Shown here piece by piece: positions 49,162 through 62,829 of a stretch of 64,000 bases of DNA. This DNA is from Oligoflexales bacterium (GTDB lineage Bacteria > Bdellovibrionota_B > Oligoflexia > Oligoflexales > Bog-1112), in the NCBI GenBank assembly GCA_045105515.1, contig JBGCDR010000156.1:32001-96000 (forward strand), written 5' to 3'. Each line of letters begins with the position of its first letter. The first letter of the stretch is position 1. A model generated the notes under the pieces. That model saw only the letters and a program-made list of their open reading frames with translations. It was not told the origin of the DNA and ran no database searches. The translations under genes and the position numbers were made by a program.

Positions 49162-50331
49162 ATGGAAAATCAAAAACTCTCAGTTTGGTATGACCAGCTT
49201 ATCGCCGCAATTTTTGATCCTTACTTTTACGGAATCATAGTCGGATTGCTTGTCTTTTTAGTGCTTATGATGCTTAGCAAGTTGTTGGCACCGCATACCC
49301 ACGTTGAATCTAAAGATCAGAGCGGTGAACCTGATGAGACACTGCTAGTTAGCACTCCGTCGAGCGACAAGAAGGATTCTGATGCTGCTGTTATCAAAGA
49401 AATCAAAGCAACAGACAAAGCTTCTTGGCTGGGCAAGCTTCAACAAGGCCTCAGTAAAACTCGAAACTCACTTCAAAGCAGTATGTCAAATTTGTTTCAA
49501 GGAAAAAAAATTGACGATACAACCCTTGAAAGCCTGCATGAAACCTTATTTCGATCTGATATTGGAGTGGCAACTGCCGATAAACTGGTTGGGCATGTTA
49601 ACAGTTCTCTTAAGGGTAAGAATAGTAGCTGGGAGGAAGTAAAAAGTGAATTACACAAAGCAGCTTTCGACATCATGAGCACCACTAGGCACCCCCTAAA
49701 CATTCCTTCAACAGGTCCTCAAGTTATTTTAGTTGTAGGTGTCAACGGAGTTGGAAAAACCACCAGTATAGGTAAATTAGCTGCCCACTTCATGTCAGAA
49801 GACAAAACGGTTTTATTATGCGCTGCAGACACATTTAGAGCAGCTGCAATTGATCAACTAAAAGTTTGGGGAGAACGACTGGGAACCAAGGTCATAGCCC
49901 ATCAGCAAGGCAGTGATCCCGCAGCAGTCGCTTATGATGGTGTTAAAGCAGCAATCGCCCGTGAATCCGATGTACTGATCATAGATACAGCAGGCCGGCT
50001 CCATAGTAAAAATGACCTCATGCAAGAATTAAACAAAATTAAAAGAGTCATAGGCAAAGATCTACCTGAGGCACCACATGAAACTTGGTTAGTAATAGAT
50101 GCTACAACCGGTCAAAATGCTTTCCAACAAGTCAAGGCGTTTGATGAAGTTGCAAAACTTACAGGAATCATAATTACAAAGCTAGACGGAACCGCCAAAG
50201 GAGGTGTTATCATTGGGATATCAGACCAGTTTAAACACCCAATTCGATATATTGGAGTCGGTGAAAAAGCTTCAGATTTACGAGAGTTTAATCCCAAGGA
50301 CTATTTGGATTCTCTATTTGCCGAAGCCTAA
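49162..50331 (+). CDS. ftsY: SRP receptor FtsY with N-terminal TM anchor
   Basis: GVNGVGKTT, DTFRAAA, DTAGR, TKLDGTAKGG. Confidence 0.97.
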   Translation: MENQKLSVWYDQLIAAIFDPYFYGIIVGLLVFLVLMMLSKLLAPHTHVESKDQSGEPDETLLVSTPSSDKKDSDAAVIKEIKATDKASWLGKLQQGLSKTRNSLQSSMSNLFQGKKIDDTTLESLHETLFRSDIGVATADKLVGHVNSSLKGKNSSWEEVKSELHKAAFDIMSTTRHPLNIPSTGPQVILVVGVNGVGKTTSIGKLAAHFMSEDKTVLLCAADTFRAAAIDQLKVWGERLGTKVIAHQQGSDPAAVAYDGVKAAIARESDVLIIDTAGRLHSKNDLMQELNKIKRVIGKDLPEAPHETWLVIDATTGQNAFQQVKAFDEVAKLTGIIITKLDGTAKGGVIIGISDQFKHPIRYIGVGEKASDLREFNPKDYLDSLFAEA

Positions 50332-50364
50332 GGGATGAGGCCTTTTTCAATGGGATATTCCCTC

Positions 50365-50393
50365 TTGACAGCACCTCGTAGTCCAGCTAGATT
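50365..50393 (+). promoter_or_regulatory. sigma70 promoter of tRNA-Val
   Basis: TTGACA-N17-TAGATT. Confidence 0.7.
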
Positions 50394-50411
50394 CAGTGAC
50401 TCGAATAGTTC

Positions 50412-50488
50412 AGGGGTGTAGCTCAGTTGGTTAGAGCGCTACGTTGACATCGTAGAGGTCTCCAGTTCGAATCTGGACATCCCTACCA
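50412..50488 (+). tRNA. tRNA-Val(GAC)
   Basis: Full cloverleaf: AGGGGTG/CATCCCT acceptor, GCTC/GAGC D arm, CTACG-TTGACAT-CGTAG anticodon arm, TCCAG-TTCGAAT-CTGGA T arm, encoded CCA. Confidence 0.97.
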
Positions 50489-50604
50489 CTTCTTTTATCG
50501 ACTTCCCAAATTCAACTCAGCTTACAAAAGACAAATGCACATTGCAATGCGTGTTAATCGAAAACAAGCTTACACAAGCCTGGGTCAATGGTCTTGTTTA
50601 GCTG

Positions 50605-52689
50605 TTAGACCCCTCGAAATCTAGCAAGGGTTTCTGAGGAGACCTGCTCATACCGGCAAAACTTCATGGTATAGGTAGCTCTACCTTGTGATAGTGAGCG
50701 CAAATGAGTTGAATACCCAAACATCTCAGATAGAGGAGCTACAGCATCAAGTACTTGAAGGTGCCCTCTTTGCCCAATATTGCTAACTTTTGCTCGCCGA
50801 CCATTGAGATCTGTAATCACATTGGACAAATAGTCTTCTGGAACGGAAACTTCTACGGTCATACTTGGTTCAAGCAATATGGGACTACCTTTTTGCAAAC
50901 ATGCTCTAGCAGCATTTGCACCTGCAATCTGGAAGGCCACGTCGTCCCCATACTCTTCTTCAAATTTAGCATTCTCAAGCACTGCTTTGACTCCCACCAC
51001 AGGATAGCCAGCTATTACTCCAGATAGCAGCGCAGAAAATACTCCTTCCTTTACATTCTCCACAAAATTACTGGGCAATTGAGAGTTTGAGCATTTATTT
51101 TCAAAAACAAACTCTTCTTGTTCTTCGTTTGGCTCAAGACTTAGGCTTACACCTGCTTTTTTAAGCTGCCCTGCAAGTTCACGCTCAAATATTTCTTCAA
51201 AATTAGCAGTTTTAGAGATGCTTTCCCGGTATGCAACCTGCGGAGAACCCACATTTGCTGCTATGTTAAACTCCCTCAGTAAACGATCGACCATGACTTC
51301 GAGGTGTAATTCTCCCATTCCTCCCAATAAAGTTTGGCCAGTATCTTTGTCCTCTTTCACCTGAAACGATGGATCCTCTGCACACAGTCGTTCGAGCCCC
51401 TTAGTGAGCTTATTAGCATCTGATGTACTTTTGGCTTCGACAGCAATATTTATGACTGGCTCTGGAAAATTTAAAGACTCAAAACTGATGGGTGCCTTTT
51501 GATCACACAAGGTATCCCCGGTACTTACAGCCTTAAGCCCAACCACAGCGACGATGTCTCCTGCGGATGCTCGATCCACTTCTTTTCGAGAATTTGCTTC
51601 CATATGAAGAATTTTTTGGATTCTTTCTCTCTTTCCTAGCCTAACATTATAGACGACTGAACCGACTTTAAGTTCACCAGAATAAACTCGTATATAGCAT
51701 AAATTCCCGACAAATGGATCAGTAGCAATTTTAAATGCCAATGCTGAAAAAGGTTCGGTTTTTATACGTTTTCGCACCAACCGAGTCTCCTTTCCGTCTG
51801 TACTCATACCTTCTACGTCCTGCAACTCGAGAGGCGAAGGAAGGTAAGCTACAACTGCGTCTAGCAAAGGTTGAATGCCCTTATTTTTAAAAGCACTACC
51901 ACACAAAACTGGTACCATTTTAAACTCTAGGGTTCCCTTACGAATACAGCCCTGTATCTCGTCATTAGTTACCTCAACACCATCTAAGAAACGTTCCATA
52001 ATCGCATCGTCGAACTCTACCACTCCTTCTATCATACTCTCCCGAGCTGCTTGTGCGCTTTCAACGAGCTCTTCCGGAATTTCGTCCTCTCTAAAGCTTG
52101 CACCCTGTGCTTTATCCTCTTCCCAAATCAGAGCTTTCATTGAAATGAGATTAATAATTCCTTTGAATTCAGATTCACTTCCAATGGGTAACTGCAACCC
52201 GATTGGGTTTGCATTAAGTCGCTCTTTAATCGACTTAATCGAATCTTCATAGCTAGCACCTACCCTATCTAGCTTGTTAACAAAAGCTATGCGTGGCACT
52301 TGATATTTGTCTGCCTGCCTCCATACCGTCTCCGATTGAGGCTCGACACCATGTACCCCATCAAATACAGCCACAGCCCCATCTAAAATCCGCAACGAAC
52401 GCTCGACCTCTATGGTAAAGTCCACGTGGCCAGGAGTATCAATTATATTGATAATATGCTTATTCCAGTAGCAGGTCGTGGCAGCTGAGGTGATTGTAAT
52501 TCCTCGCTCTTGCTCCTGCACCATCCAGTCCATGGTGGCTGTACCTTCATGAACCTCACCAATTTTATGGATTTTTCCTGTATAGAATAGGATGCGCTCC
52601 GTTGTTGTCGTTTTACCTGCATCTATATGGGCCATTATCCCAATGTTGCGAAGTAAACCCAAACGGTCTGTTGACTCTGCCTCTTTCAT
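50605..52689 (-). CDS. fusA: Elongation factor G with divergent domain IV
   Basis: [32 protein letters not shown]; follows rpsG. Confidence 0.93.
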   Translation of the reverse strand: MKEAESTDRLGLLRNIGIMAHIDAGKTTTTERILFYTGKIHKIGEVHEGTATMDWMVQEQERGITITSAATTCYWNKHIINIIDTPGHVDFTIEVERSLRILDGAVAVFDGVHGVEPQSETVWRQADKYQVPRIAFVNKLDRVGASYEDSIKSIKERLNANPIGLQLPIGSESEFKGIINLISMKALIWEEDKAQGASFREDEIPEELVESAQAARESMIEGVVEFDDAIMERFLDGVEVTNDEIQGCIRKGTLEFKMVPVLCGSAFKNKGIQPLLDAVVAYLPSPLELQDVEGMSTDGKETRLVRKRIKTEPFSALAFKIATDPFVGNLCYIRVYSGELKVGSVVYNVRLGKRERIQKILHMEANSRKEVDRASAGDIVAVVGLKAVSTGDTLCDQKAPISFESLNFPEPVINIAVEAKSTSDANKLTKGLERLCAEDPSFQVKEDKDTGQTLLGGMGELHLEVMVDRLLREFNIAANVGSPQVAYRESISKTANFEEIFERELAGQLKKAGVSLSLEPNEEQEEFVFENKCSNSQLPSNFVENVKEGVFSALLSGVIAGYPVVGVKAVLENAKFEEEYGDDVAFQIAGANAARACLQKGSPILLEPSMTVEVSVPEDYLSNVITDLNGRRAKVSNIGQRGHLQVLDAVAPLSEMFGYSTHLRSLSQGRATYTMKFCRYEQVSSETLARFRGV

Positions 52690-52726
52690 TCTGTTACCCA
52701 ACCTTAGTCAAATATTTCACGAGACG

Positions 52727-52765
52727 AAAAATACCCCCCTATGAATAAATCAAAGGAGGGTTTTT
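52727..52765 (-). terminator. Possible terminator/attenuator between rpsG and fusA
   Basis: CCTCCT...AGGGGG stem (one G-U pair) followed by TATTTTT. Confidence 0.4.
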
Positions 52766-52794
52766 ACTCTAATTCAATGTAATCCGAAAAGCTA

Positions 52795-53283
52795 TTACCA
52801 GCGATAATGTGCAAATGCTTTATTTGCGTCAGCCATTTTGTGAACATCTTCACGTCTCTTGACTGTTGCACCACGCTTTTGAGCTGCATCAACTATCTCA
52901 GCTGCAAGTCTTTCACGCATTCCTTTACCAGGACGCTTACGTGAAAACTCGACCAACCACCTGAAGGCAAGCGCTTGCCGTCTTTCAGGTCTAACTTCGA
53001 TTGGAACCTGGTAGTTTGAACCACCCACACGGCGAGATTTGACTTCCAAAAGCGGTTTCACATTCTCGATTGCCATTTTGAAAATTTCAAGAACACTTTC
53101 GCACTTAGGAAAATCCTTCATGCTCTTATCCTTGATGATATCAAGGGCACCGTAAAACTGCTTCTCAGCAGCTGATCGTTTGCCATGCTTCATCATACAA
53201 CTGACAAATTTAGTTACCATTTCTTCGTTATATAGCGGGTCAGGCAGGACCTGTCTTTTCGTTGCTGCGCGCCGACGTGACAT
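52795..53283 (-). CDS. rpsG: 30S ribosomal protein S7
   Basis: [25 protein letters not shown]. Confidence 0.98.
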   Translation of the reverse strand: MSRRRAATKRQVLPDPLYNEEMVTKFVSCMMKHGKRSAAEKQFYGALDIIKDKSMKDFPKCESVLEIFKMAIENVKPLLEVKSRRVGGSNYQVPIEVRPERRQALAFRWLVEFSRKRPGKGMRERLAAEIVDAAQKRGATVKRREDVHKMADANKAFAHYRW

Positions 53284-53296
53284 TTATCTCACTCCA

Positions 53297-53671
53297 TTAC
53301 TTCTTAGGCTTCTTGGTTCCGTATTTACTACGTCCCTGTTTCCTGTTGTTTACACCTTGGGTATCTAAGCTTCCTCTTACCACGTGGTAGCGAACACCAG
53401 GCAGATCTTTAACTTTACCTCCACGGATCAACACAACACTGTGCTCCTGAAGGTTGTGGCCTTCACCACCAATATATGAAGTTACTTCCATTCCGTTCGT
53501 CAAACGGACCCTAGCAACCTTCCTAAGAGCGGAGTTAGGCTTTTTAGGAGTGGTTGTATAAACACGGATACACACACCGCGACGTTGTGGGCAGGCTTGA
53601 AGGGCAGGTCCCTTGGACTTGGCCTTTTGTTGCTTTCGCCCTTTCCTAATAATTTGGCTAATTGTAGGCAT
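53297..53671 (-). CDS. rpsL: 30S ribosomal protein S12
   Basis: [25 protein letters not shown]. Confidence 0.99.
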   Translation of the reverse strand: MPTISQIIRKGRKQQKAKSKGPALQACPQRRGVCIRVYTTTPKKPNSALRKVARVRLTNGMEVTSYIGGEGHNLQEHSVVLIRGGKVKDLPGVRYHVVRGSLDTQGVNNRKQGRSKYGTKKPKK

Positions 53672-53816
53672 AAATCGACTACCTTCTCTCTATCGTCAAA
53701 GTAGACCGCATATCTACCAGACTGAATGTTTTAACGCAATACTAATTTAAAAAATAAAAGCTGGTCACTTCTCAACAACCAGCAAAGAATAAAAAATTCT
53801 CTTCAATTCGAAGAAC

Positions 53817-56800
53817 TTACAAAGATACGCTAGCCACTGGCTCTGGCACAATTGCTGGCTCCGGAGCAGTAGGAACCGCATGTGCTTCCTGAGCAGTAAG
53901 GTTGCGATAGTAAGTTGCCCCCGTACCCGCAGGAATCAACCGGCCCATAGTAACGTTTTCCTTGAGCCCACGCAAATAGTCAATCTTACTATTGATTGCT
54001 GCATGCGTAAGCACCTTAGTCGTTTCTTGGAACGAGGCTGCTGAAATGAAACTATCTGTTGAAAGAGAAGCTTTGGTTATACCGAGAAGAACAGGTTCCC
54101 AGATCGCAGGCTTCTTACCTTCCTCTTCCATCTTCGGATTTACAGCTAGTACATCAAACTTCTCAGCTGTCTCTGTCGGTAGAAAGCGAGTATCGCCAGG
54201 ATCTGTTATATTTACGCGCCTCAGCATCTGCCGGATTATGACTTCAATGTGCTTATCATTGATTTTCACACCTTGCAGGCGATAAACATCCTGAACCTCA
54301 TTTACCAAATACTCAGCAAGAGCAACATTTCCCAAAACAGCAAGAATCTCATGTGGGTTAGGTTGGCCGTCAACAAGTGGTTCACCTTTCCTGACATAAT
54401 CCCCCTCGTTGACAAGCAGGTGTTTGCCTTTAGGGATTAGGTATTCTTTCTGATTGGCATCAATGTCTGTTACCAAAATCTTGCGCTTTCCCTTGGTATC
54501 TTCACCAAAGGAAATCGTACCATCGCGATCAGCCATCACAGCGATATCTTTTGGCTTCCTAGCTTCAAACAACTCTGCAACTCTCGGAAGACCACCGGTA
54601 ATATCTTTGGTTTTTGTTGCTTCTCGAGGTATCTTGGCCAGAATATCACCTGGGACAACATCTGCTTCTTCGTTGATATTGATGATACATCCAATTGGCA
54701 GCGAATAGGTTCCCTTGCCACCATCTTTTTGAACGATATCTCCGTTTTCATCCACGATCTCAAGAGCAGGTTTCAACTGATCGCTCTTACTTTCGGTTAC
54801 AACTTTTCTCGTTAAGAAAGTAACATCGTCCACCTTCTCTTCAAGAGTTTTACCCTCTCTAAGGTCAAAATAACGGACCTTACCAGGTACTTCGGCAACA
54901 ATTGGGACTGCAAAAGGGTCCCATTCCCCTAACTTATCGCCAGCAGATACCTCAGAGCCCTCATCAACGGTCAATACAGTACCGTAAATTATTGGATAAG
55001 TGTCTCTCACTTTTCCTTCAATATCTACGACCTTAATTTCCCCGTTCCGGGTGAGAACTACTTTTCTTCCTTCACGGTTTGTTACTGCTCTAATGTTGTG
55101 GAATTTTGTGGTACCAGTAAAGCGGCTTTCAACTGCATTACTTTCAACCTTATGAGTTGCAGTACCACCAAAGTGGAAAGTACGCATAGTAAGCTGGGTT
55201 CCAGGCTCGCCAATAGATTGAGCAGCTATTACACCTACGGCTTCTCCGACATCCACCAAGCTACCCGATGAAAGATCTCTTCCATAGCAATTAGCACAGA
55301 CACCCCTCTGAGAACGACAAGTTAAGAGCGAACGAATCTCTGCTTCTTCGACTCCAGCTTGTTCGATCTTTTCACAAACTTCTTCACCCAGGATGGTATT
55401 ATTCTCAACAATTACTTCACCAGTCTTAGCATCAACAATATCACCACCAATGATAGTTCGACCTAGAATTCTCTCACTCAGTGAAACCCTAACTTCAGAA
55501 CCGTCACGGATAGGAGTAATCTTAACCCCTTCTTGCACACCACAATCTATCTCATTAATAATGCAATCTTGAGCAACATCAACCAACCTTCTGGTCAAAT
55601 AACCAGAACTTGCCGTTTTTAAGGCCGTATCCGCCAAACCTTTACGTGCACCGTGAGTGGAGGTAAAGTACTGAAGTACAGTCAAACCCTCTCTAAAATT
55701 GGCTGTAATAGGGGTTTCAATAATTTCACCTGATGGCTTCGACATCAGACCACGCATACCTGCCAACTGGCGTATCTGTTGCGCAGAACCCCTCGCTCCG
55801 GAATCGGCCATCATAAAGATGCTATTGTTACTCGGGACTTTGCGCTCGATGCCATCTTTGTCGATGACTTCCATTTCGGCAATGTTATTAAACATGCACT
55901 CAGCAATACTTTCAGTAACATTTGCCCAAATATCAACAACCTTGTTGTAACGCTCACCTTCTGTTAGAAGGCCCTCGGAGTACTGCTCTTTAATGCGTTT
56001 TACTTCTTCCTCGGCTTCAGCCAAGAGATCTTTCTTTTCATCAGGGATAACCATGTCAACAATAGCAATAGAAAGACCTGCACGAGTGGAATATGAATAA
56101 CCGAGTGTTCTCAAAGCATCGGCCATAAGTACAGTTTTCTTGGGTCCACACGTACGGAAACAAGTCTCTACAAGAGCTGCAAGCTCCTTTTTCCCCATCA
56201 CTTTGTTATAAGTTTCGAAGGGAATTTCATGAGGCACTACCTCTGACAAAAGTGCTCGTCCTATGGTCGTCTGAACGAGATTTTCGTCCCGTAGTCTAAC
56301 CTGAATCGGTGCTTGTAAACCTACCTCATCATGATCATAGGCAACCCGGGCTTCTTCGATATTTGCAAAAGTATGTCCTGCACCTTGAGCCGTAAGGTCT
56401 TCTTTTGTCAGATAATAAACCCCCAATACGATATCCTGCGAAGGCACGATCACAGGAGAACCAGATGCCGGACTCAAAATGTTGTTAGTAGACATCATGA
56501 GAACCCTGGCTTCCATCTGCGCTTCTACTGAAAGCGGAAGGTGAACTGCCATCTGGTCACCATCGAAGTCAGCATTGAAGGCAAAACAGACTAGAGGATG
56601 CAGACGAATCGCTTTACCTTCAATCAATACGGGTTCAAATGCTTGAATCCCCAAGCGGTGAAGGGTTGGAGCACGGTTGAGCAAGATGGGGTGCTCTTTA
56701 GTAACTTCTTCAAGAATATCCCAAACCTCAGGGTGTTCCTTTTCAACAAGTTTTTTTGCACTCTTGATAGTTGAAACAATTCCATGCTCTTCGAGCTTAG

Positions 56801-57977
56801 AATAAAGGAAAGGCTTGAATAGCTCCAAAGCCATTTTCTTTGGCAGACCACACTGATGTAGTTTAAGATCTGGCCCAACAACAATAACAGAACGTCCAGA
56901 ATAATCGACACGCTTTCCAAGTAAGTTCTGTCTAAATCGCCCTTGCTTCCCTTTCAAAAAGTCCGACAATGATCTAAGAGGTCGTTTGTTTGGACCTGTG
57001 AAAACTTTACCCCTTCGACCATTATCAAATAAAGCATCAACTGCTTCTTGAAGCATGCGCTTTTCATTACGCACAATAATATCGGGTGCGTTTAGCTCTA
57101 TGAGCCTCAAAAGTCGATTGTTTCTGTTAATAACACGTCGGTATAAGTCGTTAAGATCAGATGTGGCAAAGCGACCTCCATCAAGAGGAACGAGTGGCCT
57201 TAAATCAGGTGGTTGAACTGGAATTACAGTGAGCATCATCCATTCAGGCTTAGCAGCAAAATTACCACTTTCATCACGAGTATTGAATGCTTCAACAACC
57301 TTTAGCCTTCTCTGCAGCTTTTTACGATTGGCTTCAGATGTAGCTTCTGAAAGGTCCTTACGCAGATCTTCTACAAGATCCTCAATTTTTAGACCCTGAA
57401 GAAGCTCAAGGACTGCTTCAGCTCCAACTCCAATACGGAAAGCTCCGTTTCCAAACTTTGCAATAGCCTCATCATACTCTTCTTCGGACAATACTTGACC
57501 CTTTTCAAGGCCTGTATTTGCCTCATCACCCGGATCTAGCACTACGTATGACTCGCTATAAAGAACCCTCTCGATATCTTTTAGAGTGATATCTAATATT
57601 GCTCCAATACGAGATGGCAAAGACTTTAAGAACCAAATATGAGCAACCGGGCAAGCCAGGTTTATATGGCCCATGCGCTCGCGTCGTACTTTTGAATGGA
57701 TTACTTCAACACCGCATTTATCGCAGACAATTCCGCGGTGTTTCATTCTTTTATATTTACCGCATATGCACTCAAAATCCCGGACTGGCCCAAAGATCTT
57801 TGCACAAAATAGACCATCACGCTCTGGCTTAAAGGTACGATAATTTATAGTCTCTGGCTTTTTTACTTCACCAAAAGACCAGCTACGGATTTTCTCCGGT
57901 GAAGCTAAAGAAATCTTGATCGCGCTAAAGTTTAGCGGATCCGTAGGCTTATCGAAGAAATTTAATAAATCTTTCAA
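53817..57977 (-). CDS. rpoC: RNA polymerase beta' subunit
   Basis: NADFDGD, Zn-finger Cys, SAASFQET. Confidence 0.99.
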   Translation of the reverse strand: MKDLLNFFDKPTDPLNFSAIKISLASPEKIRSWSFGEVKKPETINYRTFKPERDGLFCAKIFGPVRDFECICGKYKRMKHRGIVCDKCGVEVIHSKVRRERMGHINLACPVAHIWFLKSLPSRIGAILDITLKDIERVLYSESYVVLDPGDEANTGLEKGQVLSEEEYDEAIAKFGNGAFRIGVGAEAVLELLQGLKIEDLVEDLRKDLSEATSEANRKKLQRRLKVVEAFNTRDESGNFAAKPEWMMLTVIPVQPPDLRPLVPLDGGRFATSDLNDLYRRVINRNNRLLRLIELNAPDIIVRNEKRMLQEAVDALFDNGRRGKVFTGPNKRPLRSLSDFLKGKQGRFRQNLLGKRVDYSGRSVIVVGPDLKLHQCGLPKKMALELFKPFLYSKLEEHGIVSTIKSAKKLVEKEHPEVWDILEEVTKEHPILLNRAPTLHRLGIQAFEPVLIEGKAIRLHPLVCFAFNADFDGDQMAVHLPLSVEAQMEARVLMMSTNNILSPASGSPVIVPSQDIVLGVYYLTKEDLTAQGAGHTFANIEEARVAYDHDEVGLQAPIQVRLRDENLVQTTIGRALLSEVVPHEIPFETYNKVMGKKELAALVETCFRTCGPKKTVLMADALRTLGYSYSTRAGLSIAIVDMVIPDEKKDLLAEAEEEVKRIKEQYSEGLLTEGERYNKVVDIWANVTESIAECMFNNIAEMEVIDKDGIERKVPSNNSIFMMADSGARGSAQQIRQLAGMRGLMSKPSGEIIETPITANFREGLTVLQYFTSTHGARKGLADTALKTASSGYLTRRLVDVAQDCIINEIDCGVQEGVKITPIRDGSEVRVSLSERILGRTIIGGDIVDAKTGEVIVENNTILGEEVCEKIEQAGVEEAEIRSLLTCRSQRGVCANCYGRDLSSGSLVDVGEAVGVIAAQSIGEPGTQLTMRTFHFGGTATHKVESNAVESRFTGTTKFHNIRAVTNREGRKVVLTRNGEIKVVDIEGKVRDTYPIIYGTVLTVDEGSEVSAGDKLGEWDPFAVPIVAEVPGKVRYFDLREGKTLEEKVDDVTFLTRKVVTESKSDQLKPALEIVDENGDIVQKDGGKGTYSLPIGCIININEEADVVPGDILAKIPREATKTKDITGGLPRVAELFEARKPKDIAVMADRDGTISFGEDTKGKRKILVTDIDANQKEYLIPKGKHLLVNEGDYVRKGEPLVDGQPNPHEILAVLGNVALAEYLVNEVQDVYRLQGVKINDKHIEVIIRQMLRRVNITDPGDTRFLPTETAEKFDVLAVNPKMEEEGKKPAIWEPVLLGITKASLSTDSFISAASFQETTKVLTHAAINSKIDYLRGLKENVTMGRLIPAGTGATYYRNLTAQEAHAVPTAPEPAIVPEPVASVSL

Positions 57978-58076
57978 ACCGTTCTCCTTGGGAGAGATTT
58001 TAACTGAAGTTTAGGCCTATGAACCGGAGAAAAAAGGAACACCAAGCTGTCCTTAACTCTCTTGACAACCATCTTA

Positions 58077-61000
58077 CTATTGAAGTCCCTCAATACCCAT
58101 TTCCTGTCCATCAGCTCTTATGAGGTTGATGTCCAAGGCTAAGCTCTGAAGTTCCTTGACAAGTACATTAAAGCTCTCAGGTACCCCTGGAGTAGCTATA
58201 TTTGTTCCTTTGACAATTGACTCGTACATTCGGGTACGACCCAACACATCATCAGACTTCACAGTAAGCATTTCTTGAAGTGTATAAGCGGCTCCATAAG
58301 CCTCCATTGCCCATACTTCCATCTCTCCTAGACGCTGACCTCCGAATTGGGCTTTGCCGCCAAGTGGCTGCTGAGTCACCAAGGAGTAAGGACCAATAGA
58401 ACGAGCATGGATTTTTTCATCGACCAGATGGTGTAGTTTAAGAACATACATAACACCAACTGTAACCCGGTTGTGAAAACGTTCACCAGTCAGGCCATCA
58501 AAGAGTTCCATTTTACCGTCTTTATTTAGGCCAGCTAATTCAAGGGCATTTTCTATCTCACCCTCATCTGAACCATCGAAAACTGGATTGGCAAAATGGA
58601 CTCCTTCTCTGTATTTCATGATAAAGTCTTTAAGTTGCTCCTCCGAGCAGCTCTTAACAAACTCTCTCACGTCAGTTACGTTGTCAGTATCCCAAATCTT
58701 TAGACACATGTCCTCAAGCTCTTGCCGAGAACACCCACTTGCAAGCATCTCATTTAGCTTAATTCCAAGGTTCTTCGAAGCCCAACCAAGGTGAGTTTCT
58801 AAGATCTGCCCAACATTCATACGTGACGGTACACCGAGCGGGTTTAGCACTACATCGACAGGAACTCCATCTTTCGTAAAAGGCATATCCTGCTCTGGAA
58901 GAATTCTAGATACCACACCTTTATTACCGTGCCGACCGGCCATTTTATCACCAACTCGTAGCTTACGTTTGATGGCAACATACACCTTAACCATCTTGAT
59001 AACCCCAGGAGGAAGTTCATCCCCTTTGGTCACTTTTTTAAGCATTTCATCAGTCATGAACTTGATCTGAGTGACCTTCTCTTTAAGGTTCTGAAGAACT
59101 TTGGCAAGAAGGCCATTTTTTTCGGCATCTTCAACCGTTAGATCAAACCAATAGCGATAGTCTATTCCATCTAGAGTTTCAGAGGTGATTGAAGCTCCTG
59201 GACTAGCCAATACTTGCCCCTCTTTCGAGGAGATTTCACTGGCGATTACCGTTTCTTCACAGATACGAATAATCTTACGCATAGCTGAATCTTTGATGAT
59301 GGCAATTCGATCTGCTTCGTCTTTACGCATTTTTGCAGATTCTGCCTCTTCTATTCTCAGGCTTCGGGCATCTTTCTCTGACCCTTCCCTTGAAAAGACT
59401 TTACAGCCTATGACAGTACCTGTAACTCCAGGCGAAACCCTCAAAGAGGTATCTCTCACATCACCAGCCTTTTCACCAAAGATAGCTCTTAATAACTTCT
59501 CTTCCGGTGTTAGCTGTGTCTCACCTTTTGGAGTAATCTTACCTACAAGGATATCGCCTGGCTTAACTTCAGCACCGATACGGATAATCCCTGCTTCATC
59601 AAGATTCGCTAGAGCATCTTCACCAACATTAGGTATGTCAGACGTGATTTCCTCTTGCCCAAGTTTAGTATCCCGAGAGATACACTCGAATTCCTGAATA
59701 TGCACGGATGTGTAAAGGTCTTCCTTAACCACTCGCTCAGAAATAAGTATTGAATCCTCGAAGTTGTAACCATTCCAAGGCATAAACGCTACTGTTACGT
59801 TTTGACCTAAAGCAAGCTCACCCATTTCCGTAGCGAAACCATCTGCGATGACGTCGCCCACATGAACTCTTTCGCCAACCTTTACGATTGGTTTTTGGTT
59901 GATACAAGTATCAAGATTCGAACGCCGGTATTTCTTTAAACTATAAATATCAACATCGGCGCCTACTTCGGTTAAAGTCTCATTACCTTCGCCGACGATT
60001 TTGACCACAATACGTTCTGCATCGACTGATACAACGGTTCCTTCACGCTTCACTACCACTGAAGCGCCAGAGTCACGCGCTACGACCTTTTCCATCCCGG
60101 TACCAATCAACGGTGCCCGCGTCTGAATAAGAGGTACTGCTTGGCGCATCATATTCGAGCCCATCAAAGCTCGGTTTGCATCATCATTTTGAAGAAATGG
60201 GATCAAGTTTGCTGCAATAGATACTAGCTGTGTTGTCGCCACATCCATCAGGTCCGCTTCTTCACCGCGGACAATCTCACTTTCACCTCTACGACGAACC
60301 CCTAAGTATTCTTCGTCTGTAAATTCTTCAAGCCTCATAGCCTGGGCAATAACATGTTCTTGGTGTTCTTCCGAAGCAGAGTAATAACGGACTTCTGCCT
60401 TCTTCAAAAGATTACCTTCGTCATCCCGTAACTGCCGATAAGGAGTCTCTATAAAACCATAATCATTTACACGGGCAAAAGAAGCTAATGATGAAATCAA
60501 ACCAATGTTTGGACCTTCAGGAGTTTCTACAGGACAAATGCGTCCATAGTGAGTTGGGTGAACATCCCTAACCTCGAATCCGGCTCTTTCACGGCTGAGA
60601 CCACCAGGCCCTAAAGCAGACAATCTTCTTTTATGAGTGATTTCTGACAATGGGTTCGTTTGATCCATAAATTGACTTAGCTGAGAGCTACCAAAAAACT
60701 CTTTAACTACAGCCGATGCTGGCTTATTGTTGATAAAGTCATGGGGAAGTAAGGTATCAACATCTTGAAGCTGCAAACGCTCACGAATTGCTCGCTCGAT
60801 TCGCAAAAGCCCGATGCGGTATTGATTCTCTAATAGCTCACCAACAGCCCTTACTCGGCGATTGCCTAAATGATCAATATCATCAATGTCACCTTGACCG
60901 GTCTTGAGTTTCAATAAGGTAGAAACGGTGGCTAAAATATCTTCTTTTGTTAAAGTTCTTTGCTCAATTGGCTCATCAACTCCAAGACGCTCATTTAATT

Positions 61001-62231
61001 TAAGTCGTCCAACGGCACTTAAATCATAGCGATCTGGATTGAAAAACAGATTATTAAACAAGGCCTCTGCTGGCTCCAGGGTGGGTGGATCACCAGGTCG
61101 CAACCTCTTATATATTTCTAAGATGGCATCTTCGCGGGTTTCGATCTTGTCAGCTAGCAACGTCTGTCGAAACGAACCATCAACATTAACTCCATCAATA
61201 AATAGCGTTTGGAATTCATCCACACCAGCATTAACGATCTTCTTAACATCTTCTTCCGTTAACTCTGAATTGACTGGGACAAGTACATCACCTTCCTTGT
61301 CCAATATATTTTGCGCAACCACCTTACCTATCAAGTCATCGGATTTAAGTGGCTGATAAGTAAGACCTGCGGATTCCATTTGACGAATTGCACCGACAGA
61401 AATACGGCGGTTTTTCTTAACGTATACGCGCCCAGATTTTGGGTCAACGATATCCGAGCTTGCACGTTGTCCACGCAACAGATCAAAGTTCAGGTTAATC
61501 CTAAATTCACCCTCATGGATGATAAGAACTTCTCTTTTATAGAAATGTGCTAGTAGCTCTTCATCTGTATCACCTAAGGCTTTAAGCAGAATCGATGCAT
61601 GCATCTTTCGCCTGCGGTCGATCCTAACATAAAGAATATCTTTACTATCAAATTCGAAATCTAACCAGCTGCCACGATAAGGGATGACCCTTGCCGTATA
61701 CAGAAGTTTTCCAGATGCACTATTTTTACCTTTGTCGTGATCAAAGAATACACCCGACGAACGGTGAAGCTGAGAAACCACTACCCTTTCAGTGCCATTA
61801 ATGATAAATGTACCGCTATCGGTCATTAGCGGAATTTCACCGAAATAAACTTCCTGCTCTTTCACATCTCTGATGCTACGAACATTGGTCTCCTTATCCA
61901 CATCCCAAATGACAAGCCTTATGACGACCTTGAGAGGTGCAGCGAAGCTCATACCACGCTGACGGCATTCACCTACAGTGTATTTTGGCTGTTCGAAGGA
62001 ATAACTGACAAATTCAACTGAGGCGGTTTCCGAAAAGTCACTGATCGGAAAAACTGAATTGAATACAGCTTGTAAACCCACCTGCTTGCGTTTCTCAGAG
62101 TCCACCTGATCCTGCAGGAATTGACCATAGCTTGTTTTTTGAATTTCGATAAGATATGGATGGTCTATTGCCGGAGTTACTTTTTGGTAGCTTTTTCTTG
62201 GTCGCGTAAACGAAGCGTCCAGAGACGTCAT
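58077..62231 (-). CDS. rpoB: RNA polymerase beta subunit
   Basis: [29 protein letters not shown]. Confidence 0.99.
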   Translation of the reverse strand: MTSLDASFTRPRKSYQKVTPAIDHPYLIEIQKTSYGQFLQDQVDSEKRKQVGLQAVFNSVFPISDFSETASVEFVSYSFEQPKYTVGECRQRGMSFAAPLKVVIRLVIWDVDKETNVRSIRDVKEQEVYFGEIPLMTDSGTFIINGTERVVVSQLHRSSGVFFDHDKGKNSASGKLLYTARVIPYRGSWLDFEFDSKDILYVRIDRRRKMHASILLKALGDTDEELLAHFYKREVLIIHEGEFRINLNFDLLRGQRASSDIVDPKSGRVYVKKNRRISVGAIRQMESAGLTYQPLKSDDLIGKVVAQNILDKEGDVLVPVNSELTEEDVKKIVNAGVDEFQTLFIDGVNVDGSFRQTLLADKIETREDAILEIYKRLRPGDPPTLEPAEALFNNLFFNPDRYDLSAVGRLKLNERLGVDEPIEQRTLTKEDILATVSTLLKLKTGQGDIDDIDHLGNRRVRAVGELLENQYRIGLLRIERAIRERLQLQDVDTLLPHDFINNKPASAVVKEFFGSSQLSQFMDQTNPLSEITHKRRLSALGPGGLSRERAGFEVRDVHPTHYGRICPVETPEGPNIGLISSLASFARVNDYGFIETPYRQLRDDEGNLLKKAEVRYYSASEEHQEHVIAQAMRLEEFTDEEYLGVRRRGESEIVRGEEADLMDVATTQLVSIAANLIPFLQNDDANRALMGSNMMRQAVPLIQTRAPLIGTGMEKVVARDSGASVVVKREGTVVSVDAERIVVKIVGEGNETLTEVGADVDIYSLKKYRRSNLDTCINQKPIVKVGERVHVGDVIADGFATEMGELALGQNVTVAFMPWNGYNFEDSILISERVVKEDLYTSVHIQEFECISRDTKLGQEEITSDIPNVGEDALANLDEAGIIRIGAEVKPGDILVGKITPKGETQLTPEEKLLRAIFGEKAGDVRDTSLRVSPGVTGTVIGCKVFSREGSEKDARSLRIEEAESAKMRKDEADRIAIIKDSAMRKIIRICEETVIASEISSKEGQVLASPGASITSETLDGIDYRYWFDLTVEDAEKNGLLAKVLQNLKEKVTQIKFMTDEMLKKVTKGDELPPGVIKMVKVYVAIKRKLRVGDKMAGRHGNKGVVSRILPEQDMPFTKDGVPVDVVLNPLGVPSRMNVGQILETHLGWASKNLGIKLNEMLASGCSRQELEDMCLKIWDTDNVTDVREFVKSCSEEQLKDFIMKYREGVHFANPVFDGSDEGEIENALELAGLNKDGKMELFDGLTGERFHNRVTVGVMYVLKLHHLVDEKIHARSIGPYSLVTQQPLGGKAQFGGQRLGEMEVWAMEAYGAAYTLQEMLTVKSDDVLGRTRMYESIVKGTNIATPGVPESFNVLVKELQSLALDINLIRADGQEMGIEGLQ

Positions 62232-62384
62232 ATTATTCTCCGATCAGAAGGAAGTAACGACAGAAACCCACAGACACAACTGCCCATGGGAAGGTAAATG
62301 TATTAAATAGTGCTAACTGAAATTCTGTTCGGTCCTTTCTCTGATCCAGGCTTAATAGGTTGCTGAACCAGAAAAAGGGGGAAA

Positions 62385-62762
62385 TTACTTAATCTCAACA
62401 GATGCGCCAGCTTTTTCAAGCGCTTCCTTAATTTTCTCGGCTTCGTCTTTGCTGACTCCATCTTTAACATCTTTAGGAGCAGATTCAACAAGCTCTTTAG
62501 CTTCTTTCAAACCAAGGCCGAGAAGTGCACGAACCTCTTTAATTACGTTGATTTTCTTTTCGCCAAAAGACTTAAGAATCACAGTAAATTCGGTTTGCTC
62601 TTCAGCTGCTTCAGCAGCTCCACCACCAGCTACGGCAACGGCCATAGGTGCTGCTGCACTAACACCAAACTTTTCTTCAAGTTCTTTAACTAAATCGGCT
62701 GCTTCAAGAAGAGTCAAGTTCTCAAGAAATTCTACAACTTGCTCTTTAGTTACGCTAGACAT
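62385..62762 (-). CDS. rplL: 50S ribosomal protein L7/L12
   Basis: [25 protein letters not shown]; start MSSVTK after GGAGG. Confidence 0.98.
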   Translation of the reverse strand: MSSVTKEQVVEFLENLTLLEAADLVKELEEKFGVSAAAPMAVAVAGGGAAEAAEEQTEFTVILKSFGEKKINVIKEVRALLGLGLKEAKELVESAPKDVKDGVSKDEAEKIKEALEKAGASVEIK

Positions 62763-62829
62763 GTCTTCCTCCAAATACTTTCCTAACATCCTCGTCGGGA
62801 AGTCGTTAATAATAGATTACAATAAAAGT

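Noticed and set aside
50412..50604. Integration site at tRNA-Val
   Set aside because: No duplicated tRNA 3' end or integrase seen; flanks are core genes
53297..53671. S12 GGKVKD (usually GGRVKD) as a streptomycin-resistance allele
   Set aside because: Conservative change; the classic Lys positions in PKKPNS and VKDLP are intact
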